From: Fidelibacterota bacterium
GTDB lineage: Bacteria; Fidelibacterota; UBA2242
Direction: 5' to 3'
DNA length: 64,000 bases
NCBI GenBank assembly: GCA_030603165.1
Contig: JAUVYH010000001.1
Coordinates: forward strand, 4,837-68,836
The notes beneath the pieces were generated by a model. The model was not told the DNA's origin. It did not search any database and worked only from the letters and a program-made list of their open reading frames with translations. Positions 39,021 through 49,032 of this stretch are shown here, piece by piece (within the stretch, counting starts at the first letter, position 1; each line of letters begins with the position of its first letter). The translations under genes were made by a program, and so were the position numbers.

Positions 39021-42000
39021 AAATTTTTCAATTATCCCGATCCGACAACTTCTTTCCCAAATATTGAAATCAGGGGCAAAAGGTTCCATTTTCGGGATTT
39101 ACCAAAGTCAATTTTTTACACCAAATAAAAAAGATGTTTATCGAACATCTATGTTTGATCAGATGCTGGAAACTCCGTTAGGCGTTGCGGCGGGTCCGCA
39201 TACCCAATTGGCGCAGAACATCATTTCCGCCTGGCTCTGCGGCGCCCGGTATATTGAATTGAAAACCGTTCAGACACTTGACGAAATAGAGGTTTCCAAA
39301 CCGTGTATTGATATTCAGGACGAGGGCTACAATTGCGAATGGTCGCAGGAACTCAAAATCGAAGAATCCTTCGATGAATATCTGAAAGCCTGGATCATCA
39401 TCCATCTTTTGCGGCACAAGTTCGGCTGGATCGGCGACATCGGTACGATTTTCAACATGAGCGTCGGCTATGATATGACGGGAATTCTGAAAGACAATGT
39501 GCAGTGGTTTTTGGCTAAAATGACGAATTGCCGCGAAGAAAAGGATGCTTTTATAGATGAAATAAAAGAACTATATCCTGCCGTAAATGACATTGAAATT
39601 ACCGACTGTATTTCAAATAACGTTACTCTCTCAACGATGCACGGCTGCCCTTCCGAGGAGATTGAAAAAATCGGGCAATATCTTATCGAAGAAAAGAAAC
39701 TGCATACATTTATCAAATTAAATCCGACGCTTCTGGGAAAAGAGAAAATTCACAAAATACTGACGGAAAAATTGGGCTACGAAACTATCGTACCGGATAT
39801 TGCTTTCGAACATGACATAAGCTACCCCGCTGCCGTAAAGGTGATTCAATCATTGCAACAATCCGCTCAAAAACAGGGCGTTTTCTTCGGTGTGAAACTG
39901 ACTAATACACTGGAAGCAATCAACCATAAAAACATTTTCAGTGACGAATCCATGTATATGAGCGGCAAAGCGCTGCATCCGATCAGCATCAACGTTGCGC
40001 GAAAATTAAAGAATACTAATAAAATCAAAGATTTGCACATATCCTTTTGCGGAGGTGTGAATGCCTTCAATGTGGCTGATGTCCTGACTTGCGGTTTATA
40101 TCCGGTGACGGTTTGCTCGGATTTATTGAAGCCCGGTGGATATGCCCGGCTGCCGCAATACCTGGAGGAAATCGAAAAAACCTTTATCAGCTATCAAGCA
40201 ACCGATTTACAGGATCTTATTGTCAAGAAAAGTAAGCAAACGGACCTTACCGCCGGAGTGCTGGCGAACTTAAATGAATACGCCGACAACGTCGTCAACG
40301 AACCGGTCTATAAATCAGTCTTTACCGATATTAAAACTCAGCGAGAATTAACCGAATTTGACTGTATTGTTGCTCCCTGTGTGAATACCTGTCCGTCGAA
40401 TCAAAATATTCCCGAATACATGTACCGGACGGCTAAAGGTGAATTTTCCAATGCCTTTGATACAATTATGCTCACTAATCCATTTCCGTCGGTTACGGGA
40501 ATGGTATGCGATCACCCCTGTCAAAGCAAATGTACCCGGATTAATTATGACAATTCGCTGCTGATTCGCGAGATTAAGCGCTTTATCACCGAGAATGCAG
40601 TAAAAATGGACAGCATTGTTCCTAAACAAAAGATTAGTAAAAAAGTCGCTATTATTGGCGCGGGACCATCCGGATTATCTTGCGCCTGGTTCCTTGCTTT
40701 AGCTGGTTTTGATGTAGAGATATTTGAGACGAAAGAATTTCCCGGAGGGATGCTGGCGGACGCTATACCCTTATTCCGGTTGTCGGAAAAAGCTCTGAGC
40801 GATGACATAAACCGTATCCGGCGTCTCGGCGTTAATATCCATACGTCAACGCGAATCGATGTATCGGCATTTAATAAAATTAAAGACAAATCCGACTTTA
40901 TATATATTGCGGTCGGCGCTCAACAGTCGATGAAAGTTTCCATCGAAGGAGACGATGTCGAACGGGGCTTGCTGGACCCCTTAAAATTTTTATCGGCAGT
41001 GCGAAGATGCGAATCCATTGAATTGGGAAAAAAGGTCATCGTTCTCGGCGGAGGAAATACCGCCATTGACGCCGCCAGAACCGCTAAGCGATTTGTTGGA
41101 AAAAACGGTTCCGTAACCATTGCTTACCGCCGAACACGCAGAGAAATGCCCGCCGATCAGGATGAAATCCGGGCGGCGCTGGATGAAGGCATCGAACTCA
41201 TCGAACTGGCTGCTCCCGCTAAAATCAATTCAGTAAACGGTAGCGTCAGGTCACTGGCTTGTTACCGGATGAAATTAGGCGGCGTCGATGAATCTGGTCG
41301 TCCCCGACCGGTGAAAATCGATGGCAGTGAGTTTGAAATCGCGACTGATACGATCATACCGGCATTCGGGCAAACTGCGGATATTGATTTTATTGATCAG
41401 GAGCTACTGGAAGTCACTGATCTGGAAACCAGGGAAATCAAACCCCAAAATATATTTATCGGCGGCGATGCTTTCCGGGGCGCTTCAACGGTAATTAAAG
41501 CCATTGCCGATGGACGTAAAACCGCCGGGACGATTATCCAAAAAGCGGGAATTGATCTTGATGGAACGGTTCTGAGATCAACCAATAAAGAGCTAACCCG
41601 GGAACAGCATCACGAAAAAAGAGCGCAAATCGTACATGGAATCAAATCGGAAGAAACACCGCTGGCGGAGCGGGATTACTTTAGCTTGGTCGATCTGACG
41701 CTGACTGAAGAAGAAGCGCAGCGGGAAGCGTCGCGTTGTCTTTTCTGTGATGAAGTCTGCGATATTTGCGTGACCGTCTGCCCCAACCGGGCAAATTATG
41801 GTTACACCGTCGAGCCCTTTGAAGTCAAGCTGCAAAAGGCTGTCAATGATAACGGCAAAATCAAAATAGTGGATGATGGAATATTTAAGATCGAGCAGCC
41901 ATACCAGGTGTTAAATATCGACGAATTTTGCAACGAGTGCGGCAATTGTGCGACCTTTTGCCCGACCAGCGGCGCGCCTTACAAAGACAAACCCAGGGTG

Positions 42001-42267
42001 TTTTTGACTGAAAAAATCTTCCGAAATGCAGAAAGCGGCTATTATCTCAAATCGGGTAAATTGCTATATAAAATGCAAAATGAGATAAACTCCCTGGAAA
42101 TAAAAGAAGATCAATACTATTTCGAATCCGAAGCCATTACCGCGACATTAAATCGGGATGATTTTTCAATTATTGATATTAAATTTAAAGATGATATTTT
42201 AAAGGAAGCGTCACTGGTAAACGCCGTGAAGATGAGTGTGATTTTTTTTGCATTAAAGGATTTGTAA
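39013..42267 (+). CDS. ygfK: YgfK-like Fe-S/FAD oxidoreductase (putative selenate-reductase-type subunit; DPD-like TIM barrel, NAD(P)/FAD-binding and 4Fe-4S domains)
   Basis: 1084 aa. N-terminal DHOD/DPD-like 'PLGVAAGPHTQLAQNI'; 'CVNTCPSNQNIPEYM'; Rossmann 'VAIIGAGPSGLSCAW'; C-terminal ferredoxin 'CNECGNCATFCP'. Confidence 0.7.
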   Translation: MSENFSIIPIRQLLSQILKSGAKGSIFGIYQSQFFTPNKKDVYRTSMFDQMLETPLGVAAGPHTQLAQNIISAWLCGARYIELKTVQTLDEIEVSKPCIDIQDEGYNCEWSQELKIEESFDEYLKAWIIIHLLRHKFGWIGDIGTIFNMSVGYDMTGILKDNVQWFLAKMTNCREEKDAFIDEIKELYPAVNDIEITDCISNNVTLSTMHGCPSEEIEKIGQYLIEEKKLHTFIKLNPTLLGKEKIHKILTEKLGYETIVPDIAFEHDISYPAAVKVIQSLQQSAQKQGVFFGVKLTNTLEAINHKNIFSDESMYMSGKALHPISINVARKLKNTNKIKDLHISFCGGVNAFNVADVLTCGLYPVTVCSDLLKPGGYARLPQYLEEIEKTFISYQATDLQDLIVKKSKQTDLTAGVLANLNEYADNVVNEPVYKSVFTDIKTQRELTEFDCIVAPCVNTCPSNQNIPEYMYRTAKGEFSNAFDTIMLTNPFPSVTGMVCDHPCQSKCTRINYDNSLLIREIKRFITENAVKMDSIVPKQKISKKVAIIGAGPSGLSCAWFLALAGFDVEIFETKEFPGGMLADAIPLFRLSEKALSDDINRIRRLGVNIHTSTRIDVSAFNKIKDKSDFIYIAVGAQQSMKVSIEGDDVERGLLDPLKFLSAVRRCESIELGKKVIVLGGGNTAIDAARTAKRFVGKNGSVTIAYRRTRREMPADQDEIRAALDEGIELIELAAPAKINSVNGSVRSLACYRMKLGGVDESGRPRPVKIDGSEFEIATDTIIPAFGQTADIDFIDQELLEVTDLETREIKPQNIFIGGDAFRGASTVIKAIADGRKTAGTIIQKAGIDLDGTVLRSTNKELTREQHHEKRAQIVHGIKSEETPLAERDYFSLVDLTLTEEEAQREASRCLFCDEVCDICVTVCPNRANYGYTVEPFEVKLQKAVNDNGKIKIVDDGIFKIEQPYQVLNIDEFCNECGNCATFCPTSGAPYKDKPRVFLTEKIFRNAESGYYLKSGKLLYKMQNEINSLEIKEDQYYFESEAITATLNRDDFSIIDIKFKDDILKEASLVNAVKMSVIFFALKDL

Positions 42268-42315
42268 TTTTAACCTGATTAATTTACAAACCGCAGAGAA
42301 CGCAAAAAACATAGA

Positions 42316-42856
42316 GATATGATAAATAAAAAAGAATTTTTATTGATATTAGGAGAAGGTGATTGGAAAAATGGATTTCTCTAAACTGCGTAATATTACA
42401 ATCGGCAGAATCTTTTCCGAATTAAAGATTATCGAGCAGTGGGGACGAGGATTTTCTAATATTATTAAATCTTGTAAACAGTGTGAGAATATTGTTCCAG
42501 AATTTAAAGAAGAATTGTTGCAGTTTAAGATTATTTTTTGGAATAAGAAAATAGATAAAAGAGTCGGTGATAAGTTCGGAGAAAAGGTGGGTATAAAGGT
42601 CGGTGATAAGGTCGGTGATAAGGTGGGTAGAAAGGGTGGTCAGAAAGGGTGGTCAGAATTAACTGAACGACAGGAAGAAATATTAAATTTAATTGAACAA
42701 AATAACAAAATATCAAGAAAGCAATTATCGGAAATATTAAATATAAACCCTTCCGCTATCCAAAAACACATAAATAAACTAAAACAGAAAGGTCTTCTTA
42801 AAAGAATCGGTCCGGCAAAAGGTGGATATTGGGAGATTGTTTCCGATGCCCAGTAA
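42316..42856 (+). pseudogene. Internally deleted copy of AlbA_2/HATPase_c_4 HTH protein (N-terminal 16 aa fused out of frame to C-terminal ~165 aa)
   Basis: 42316 'MINKKEFLLILGEGDW' matches 'MNKKELSLILQEGEGY' of 43339. ORF 42359..42856 matches the C-terminal third of 43339..44712 (..KLKQKGLLKRIGPAKGGYWEI vs ..KLKQEGKLKRVGSAKGGYWKV). Confidence 0.65.
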
Positions 42857-43338
42857 ATACCCAGAAACTACCCGGAAAAAATTACAATGAATGGTTTTAG
42901 TTCGGAGAAATGTTGGTCAGAAAAGGTAGGCAGAAATGGTGGGTAGAAAAAGTGGTCAGTAAATACCCAGTAAATATTTACACCGAATGAGTATTCACAA
43001 TTTGTTCGGAGAAAGTTCGGAGAAAAGGTGGGCAGATAATAAACAGAAATCTAAAATATCACTGGAATGTCACCACTTGTCACCAGATGTCACTACGATT
43101 TAAAAAATGTAGATTAATATCAAATATGGAAAGAAAGATTGCACTAGAGGATTTGATGAGTCAAACTTAAGAAATATGAGAATGTTTTATCTAACATTTC
43201 CAAAATGTAACGCACTGCGTCACGAATTGAGTTGGACCCATTACTGCTGTTTTAATAAAGTTGAAAATTAGGAATTAGATAGAGAATTAACCAGAGAAAG
43301 ACAAATGATTGAATTGGAAAGAAGATTGGGGAAAAAAG

Positions 43339-44712
43339 ATGAATAAGAAAGAACTATCTTTGATATTACAAGAAGGTGAAGGATACTTCACAGAATTCAA
43401 AGAAGGACTTTCGGGTGTTGATAAAGATTTTGTTGCATTTGCAAATTCTTCTGGAGGTAAAGTATTAATCGGTGTTACTGATGACGGAAAAGTTAAAGGC
43501 ATAACAATAACAAATAGAATAAAATCTGAAATCCAAAATATTTCAAGAAATTGTGATCCAGAAATAAAACTTTTCGTTAAATCCTTTGAAAACATTCTTA
43601 TTGTAGAAGTAAGAGAAGGTAAGGATAAACCATATAAATGTTCATCAGGATTTTACAAACGGATAGGTGCAACATCTCAAAAAATGACAAGAAATGAAAT
43701 CTTAAGTTTCTTTAAATCTGAAGGTAAAGTAAGATTTGATGAACTTATAAATACAGAATTTAAATATCCCAAAGATTTTAACAGAGATAGGCTAAATATC
43801 TTTTTGGAATTAGCAGGACTTTCTAAAACATTATCAATTGATAAAATTCTCACAAGTTTAGGAGTGGTAGAGCATCAAAACGGAAATTTATATTTTAATA
43901 ATGCAGGTGTTCTCCTATTTGCAAAAGAACCTCAGAATATTATATCCTGGTCTGTGTTTACAGTAGTATTATTTAAGGACAAAGAAGGAGTTGATGTAAT
44001 TGATAGAAAAGAAATAACAGGATCATTATTTGAGATCATTGAGCAAGTAATGGGATTTGTGAAATTATATACAAAAGTTGCCTATAGAATTACTGGAAAA
44101 CCTCAAAGAGAAAATATATATGAATATCCATTTGAAGCAATTCGGGAAGCTGTCATAAATTCTGTTATGCATAAAGATTATTTTGAACGTGGACATAATA
44201 ATATACTGAAATTTTTCCCGGATAGAATTCAAATAGAAAATATCTGGGTCAAGCCACAGAACTTTATTCTGGGTAAAACTGTTTTTAGAAGAAATCACCT
44301 TATTGCTGATCTATTCTCTCGTATAAATTTTGGTGAGAAACTGGGTTCAGGTGTGAAAAGAATGAGGGATGTCTGCCAGAAAGAAAATTCTCCCTATCCT
44401 GAAATAGAATATACTAACACTCATTTTTATATTGTATTCAAGCAAAGTAAAGAATATTTGAAATTAGAGAGTATTACCCCAAAAACTACCCAAAAAACTG
44501 GGGTTAAAACTGGGGTTAAAACTAGGGTGAAAACTAGGGGGGAAATAATAAACCTTATTAACGAGAACTCTAAGGTAACCATTCGAGAACTTGCTGAAAG
44601 AACGAGTTTGACTGTTAAAGGAATTGAATGGAATATTAAGAAACTTAAGCAAGAGGGCAAATTAAAAAGAGTAGGATCTGCTAAAGGCGGATATTGGAAA
44701 GTGATAAAATGA
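43339..44712 (+). CDS. AlbA_2 (divergent AAA/Schlafen-like) + HATPase_c_4 + C-terminal wHTH protein, 'RecG-like' putative transcriptional regulator
   Basis: 'YFTEFKEGLSG...FANSSGGKVLIGVTDDGKVKGI' AlbA_2 N-domain; C-terminal wHTH; internal (TGVK)n tandem peptide repeat 'TTQKTGVKTGVKTRVKTRGE'. The ORF track starts at 43309, but the homologous remnant supports 43339. Confidence 0.65.
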   Translation: MNKKELSLILQEGEGYFTEFKEGLSGVDKDFVAFANSSGGKVLIGVTDDGKVKGITITNRIKSEIQNISRNCDPEIKLFVKSFENILIVEVREGKDKPYKCSSGFYKRIGATSQKMTRNEILSFFKSEGKVRFDELINTEFKYPKDFNRDRLNIFLELAGLSKTLSIDKILTSLGVVEHQNGNLYFNNAGVLLFAKEPQNIISWSVFTVVLFKDKEGVDVIDRKEITGSLFEIIEQVMGFVKLYTKVAYRITGKPQRENIYEYPFEAIREAVINSVMHKDYFERGHNNILKFFPDRIQIENIWVKPQNFILGKTVFRRNHLIADLFSRINFGEKLGSGVKRMRDVCQKENSPYPEIEYTNTHFYIVFKQSKEYLKLESITPKTTQKTGVKTGVKTRVKTRGEIINLINENSKVTIRELAERTSLTVKGIEWNIKKLKQEGKLKRVGSAKGGYWKVIK

Positions 44713-44828
44713 AATTTTTGTGTGAAAAGAAAGAAGAAATATGAATAAAAAATTATACGAAGAAAAAAAAGAAAAAGTAAAAGCTGGCTTGGAAGAATAT
44801 TTCTCTAATGGTGTAAGAAAGGAAAAAA

Positions 44829-45149
44829 ATGATTATCAAAGAATCAGTGAAAATTGAAATAAAAGAGATTATTGAAAAATTCAATAGAGAAAAATTTGCA
44901 AGTAAAGATGTTTTTTATTTCCCGAAATTTAAGAAGAATTATTTATATCTATTTATAAATAGATACGGGGATATCGATCCTATGTGCCGATTAAAATATA
45001 ATGGCAAAATGACAAACTGGGATTTCGAGATCTTCAAATATTCATCGGAAACTTATACTGATGATATTTTCCTTATGCCGGGAGCAGAAGAAGTTGATGG
45101 TACAATCAAGGGAGCAATGCTCGCAGGTTTAGAACTTTATCCTGTTTGA
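44829..45149 (+). CDS. Hypothetical protein (106 aa), no recognizable domain
   Basis: ORF with reasonable codon usage following the AlbA_2 gene; weak RBS. Confidence 0.35.
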   Translation: MIIKESVKIEIKEIIEKFNREKFASKDVFYFPKFKKNYLYLFINRYGDIDPMCRLKYNGKMTNWDFEIFKYSSETYTDDIFLMPGAEEVDGTIKGAMLAGLELYPV

Positions 45150-45225
45150 AAATAAATCAAAATAATAATCTGTGCGTATCTGTGAAAATCCGTGGAGAAA
45201 AAAAAAGAAAAGGAGATATATAAAG

Positions 45226-46247
45226 TGAACTACACAAAATCACTAAAAGGTAAACACCTTATCACAACACAGGATTGGGGAAAAGAAGAACTGGATATTG
45301 TTCTTAAGCTTGCAAAGGAAATGAAGGAAAACCGCTTTCATCATCCGTTATGTAAATCACTGGAGAATAAAAGTTTCTTTATGTTTTTCTACAATCCCTC
45401 GGTAAGGACCCGGCAATCTTTTGAGATAGCGGCTACCGAGTTAGGCGGACACGCCCTGTTTTTAGAGCCAAAATCCATGCGGCTTAAAACGGCAACATCA
45501 GCGGGAGAAACAATTGAAGACGCCGCCAAAGTAATGTCAAGATATGCCTGTGGTCTGGGCATCAGAATACTCGAGGATAAAATTCCGCATTATGGCGCCG
45601 GCGAAGACCTGATTCGGGAATATGCGCAGTATTCAACTATTCCAATCGTGTCCATGGCGCATGATAAATATCATCCATGTCAGGGGCTGGCTGATATAAT
45701 GGGAATTCAAGGGCATTTGGGCGAGCTTAAAGGTAAAAAGACGTTACTGACATGGGGACATGGCGCTCTTGCCCGGTCGTGGTGTTCGGTTCAGGAATAC
45801 CTGCTAATGGCTTCGAGATATGGGATGTCCATTAATCTTGCGCATCCTGAAGGTTATGATTTGGATCCGCAAGTAATCGAGCAGACAAAAAAGAATTGTG
45901 AACAGAATTCAGAAGAATTTAATATCACAAATGACGTGCAAGAGGGATATAAGGACGTCGATGTTGTCTATTCAAGAAACTGGATGAGTCCCCAGGCTTA
46001 TAGGGATGGTCAATTGCATAAAGAGCCGGAGATTGAAAAAGCATTACAGTTCAATGAATGGATATGTGATGCGGAAAAAATGAGATTAACAAATGACGCT
46101 TTATACATTCATCCGATGCCTGTTGACCGGGGCAATGAAGTTACGGATGAGGTCGCGTCAAGCCCTCATTCGATTATATACGATGTTGCCGAAAACAGAC
46201 TGCATGTTCAGAAAGCGGTGATGGCGTTGACAATGGGTGAATATTAA
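45226..46247 (+). CDS. ygeW: YgeW-like knotted carbamoyltransferase (OTCase/ATCase fold), paralog 1
   Basis: 'SVRTRQSFE' (STRTR-type carbamoyl-phosphate motif), 'KYHPCQGLAD' (HPxQ), 'INLAHPEGYDLDP'. GTG 45226 has SD aaggag; the ORF track start is 45192. Confidence 0.75.
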
Positions 46248-46276
46248 AAACATTAGCAAGATTCAGGGAGATTAAT

Positions 46277-47359
46277 ATGACAGTTAAAAGAATAAGAATA
46301 TTTGCGTTAGGCGGGAATGAAATATCCCCGGTTGACATTAAAGATAAAGATGGGAACTCTGTAAGCGCCGATATACCGATGCAGTGGCAAAGGACAGCGG
46401 ATACATGTAAGGAAATAGCCAATATTATCGAGGAGTTTCCGGAAGATTCTTTTATAATCATACATGGCAACGGTCCGCAGGTGGGAAATATTTTATTAAG
46501 AGCCGAACACTCTTTGGATATTTTACCACCGCTGCCTTTAGATATATGTGGGGCTGACAGCCAGGGCGCAATAGGTTATATGATAGGACAGCTTTTAAAT
46601 AATGAGCTGAGAGCGAGGAATATCAAGAGAGGCGTTGATACTATTGTAACGCAAGTAGTCGTTGATAAAAACGATCCCAATTTTAAAGACCCGAACAAGT
46701 TCATCGGACCTGCATTTACGAAAGAAGAAGCCTTCGAGCGTAAAGAAAAAGCCGGCTGGATTGTGAAACTTTATAAAAAAGATTCACACGGAAATGATAT
46801 ATGGCGGAGAGTTGTACCCTCTCCTCAACCCATAGATGTTGTTGAACTTGATCTGGTTCAATCGGCATTAGAAAAGGGAATTATTCCTATTACTGTCGGC
46901 GGCGGCGGCATTCCGGTAGTAGAAGTTGAAGCAAATAAAGAAGGTGTTTATAAGTGTAATTATAACATCGACTATAAAAACAATAATAATCCGAAAATAT
47001 TTATGGGTGTTGAAGCTGTCATTGATAAAGACCTTGCATCGGCGCTTATTGGAACATTATTGAGACAGAGATATAAACAATGCGGCGAGGATATTGAGGT
47101 AATAATGACAATTTTTACGGCAGAAGACGGAGCAAAGTTGAATTATCAAATGCCCGATGAAAAAAATCTGAGATTGGCTACTGTTGAAGAATTAAAAAGA
47201 TACTATAAAGAAGGTCATTTCCCGCCCGGCAGTATGGGACCCAAAATCAAAGCCATTATTAATTTTATGGAAAACGGCGGTGAGAAAGCCTATATCTCGC
47301 TGACTACGAAATATAAACAAACCATCAAGGGTGAAGCCGGAACAACTGTTGTTAAATAG
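46277..47359 (+). CDS. arcC: Carbamate kinase
   Basis: 'IFALGGNEI', 'IIIHGNGPQVGNILL', 'DSQGAIGYMIGQ', 'VVPSPQP', 'ITVGGGGIPVV', 'VIDKDLASAL', 'GSMGPKI' all align to E. coli ArcC/YqeA; carries a low-complexity insertion (KNNNNPK). Confidence 0.85.
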   Translation: MTVKRIRIFALGGNEISPVDIKDKDGNSVSADIPMQWQRTADTCKEIANIIEEFPEDSFIIIHGNGPQVGNILLRAEHSLDILPPLPLDICGADSQGAIGYMIGQLLNNELRARNIKRGVDTIVTQVVVDKNDPNFKDPNKFIGPAFTKEEAFERKEKAGWIVKLYKKDSHGNDIWRRVVPSPQPIDVVELDLVQSALEKGIIPITVGGGGIPVVEVEANKEGVYKCNYNIDYKNNNNPKIFMGVEAVIDKDLASALIGTLLRQRYKQCGEDIEVIMTIFTAEDGAKLNYQMPDEKNLRLATVEELKRYYKEGHFPPGSMGPKIKAIINFMENGGEKAYISLTTKYKQTIKGEAGTTVVK

Positions 47360-47479
47360 TAAAAAGGAACGAAGCCGTAAGTAATTTTGCTTTTAAGAGA
47401 ACGTAAAAATTCTATCTTATGAAAAAATATTATAAATAGCAGATTAGAGTTAGTAAATGATAAAATAGTAGGAGAACAC

Positions 47480-48556
47480 ATGAAGACAAACAAATTTTTA
47501 GGAAGAGACTGGATTGACGCCGAATTGGATTACACCAAAGAGGAATGGGAAACATTAATTGATATGGCGCTTTATTTGAAACGCCGTCATGCCATGAATG
47601 ATGATCAAAGCAATATTCTAAAGGGCAAAACTTTATTCTCTATGTTTTTCAATCAATCGCTGAGAACTCGCAGCACTTTTGCGGCGGGAATTCAGCAGTT
47701 GGGTGGAATTTATGTAGATCTGGAGCCAGGGAAGACATATACTCCGGCAAGAAAAGGTTTTGATATTCCGTATAAAACCGAGAGAATTTCTGATGTAGCC
47801 GGAATGTTGAGCCGGGTTGGGGACGCCATCGCCATACGCATGTACGGTCCCCCGGCTTATTGGATATATGGATTTGCTAATGCTTTAATAAAAGAATTTG
47901 CCGAATATGCCGACATTCCTATAATCAATATGGAATGTGATAAATACCATCCGACCCAGGCTCTGGCGGACCTCATTACTATCAAAGAAAAATTTGGAAC
48001 GTTTAAGGATGTGAACCTCACAATGTCCTGGGCATATTCCGGTTCTATCGAAAAACCGCGAGCCGTGCCTCAAAGCGTCATCCTGGCGGCGACTAAAATG
48101 GGTATGAACGTGACGCTGGCTCATCCGAAAGGATTTGATTTGGATCCTGAAATCATTAAAGCAAGTCAGCAATTTTCTGAGCAGACAAACGGTTCACTCC
48201 GGATAACCAATGACTTCGAAGAAGGCTTTAAGGGCGCGGACATTGTCTATCCTAAATCCTGGGGTGCCGTACCCTGCTTCAATTACACAGATGAAAGTGG
48301 TAATACCATTAAAGAGCAAAACCATGATGAAGCAGAAAGATTGAACAGTGCCAGCAAAAACTGGAAGACTACCGAGAAGGAAATGCGATTAATTAATAAG
48401 AATGGCATTTATATGCACTGTTTGCCGGCAGATAGAGGACAGGAAGTGACTGACGAAGTGATTGACGGACCCAGTTCGGTCGTTATTGATGAAGCGGAAA
48501 ACAGGCTGCACGCTCATAAAGCGATCATGGCCATGATTATGGGGGGACGACTGTAG
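47480..48556 (+). CDS. ygeW: YgeW-like knotted carbamoyltransferase, paralog 2 (closest to E. coli YgeW)
   Basis: 'SLRTRSTF', 'DKYHPTQALADL', 'VTLAHPKGFDLDPE', 'ADIVYPKSW', 'YMHCLPAD', 'AIMAMIMG' are near-identical to E. coli YgeW blocks. Confidence 0.8.
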   Translation: MKTNKFLGRDWIDAELDYTKEEWETLIDMALYLKRRHAMNDDQSNILKGKTLFSMFFNQSLRTRSTFAAGIQQLGGIYVDLEPGKTYTPARKGFDIPYKTERISDVAGMLSRVGDAIAIRMYGPPAYWIYGFANALIKEFAEYADIPIINMECDKYHPTQALADLITIKEKFGTFKDVNLTMSWAYSGSIEKPRAVPQSVILAATKMGMNVTLAHPKGFDLDPEIIKASQQFSEQTNGSLRITNDFEEGFKGADIVYPKSWGAVPCFNYTDESGNTIKEQNHDEAERLNSASKNWKTTEKEMRLINKNGIYMHCLPADRGQEVTDEVIDGPSSVVIDEAENRLHAHKAIMAMIMGGRL

Positions 48557-48579
48557 GATTGTAGATTGATGATTTATGA

Positions 48580-48850
48580 TTTTTAGTAAGAAAAGTTTAT
48601 GAATTTTAATTACCAATGCTCCGAATGCGGCCGGGAATATGACATTACCGCCGAATTGATGCTTTGTCCGGAATGTAGTAAATTACAGTAACCGGATAAA
48701 CCGCTGCGAGGTATTCTGGAAGTTGCTTTTGACGGTTATTTTCATCATCAACCCAAGATGTCCGACCTGCTGCCGGTTGAGACATTATAACTGCCAATGT
48801 GTAGCGGTTTCCGATTAGGCGATTATGGCTATGATTATGGGAAAACGTCT
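48580..48850 (+). repeat. Diverged duplicate of the ygeW2-3'end / thrC-like-5'end junction (in swapped order)
   Basis: 48597..48790 is ~85% identical to 50395..50600 and encodes 'MNFNYQCSECGREYDITAELMLCPECSKLQ*PDKPLRGILEVAFDGYFHHQPK' with an in-frame TAA. 48800..48850 'gcgattatggctatgattatgggaaaacgtctttaa' copies the ygeW2 3' end 'gcgatcatggccatgattatggggggacgactgtag'. Confidence 0.7.
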
Positions 48851-49032
48851 TTAATAAAAGAATTGGGTCTGACTTTGATTAGGTTGTTGACAAATATCCC
48901 TGACTATTCTGCAATATGATACTTGAATAACCCTGACAATTATGCAGGAATATTAAAATATATCCTTTACAATTCGACATGTATCCTGTATATTCTGATG
49001 AAGTGAAAACTTAGGACGAAAAATATTTTTAC

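Noticed and set aside
48601-48693. 30-aa CxxC..CxxC zinc-ribbon mini-ORF (MNFNYQCSECGREYDITAELMLCPECSKLQ)
   Set aside because: It is a diverged duplicate of the thrC-like gene's 5' end terminated by a point stop; not an independent gene, though a functional small-peptide role cannot be fully excluded.
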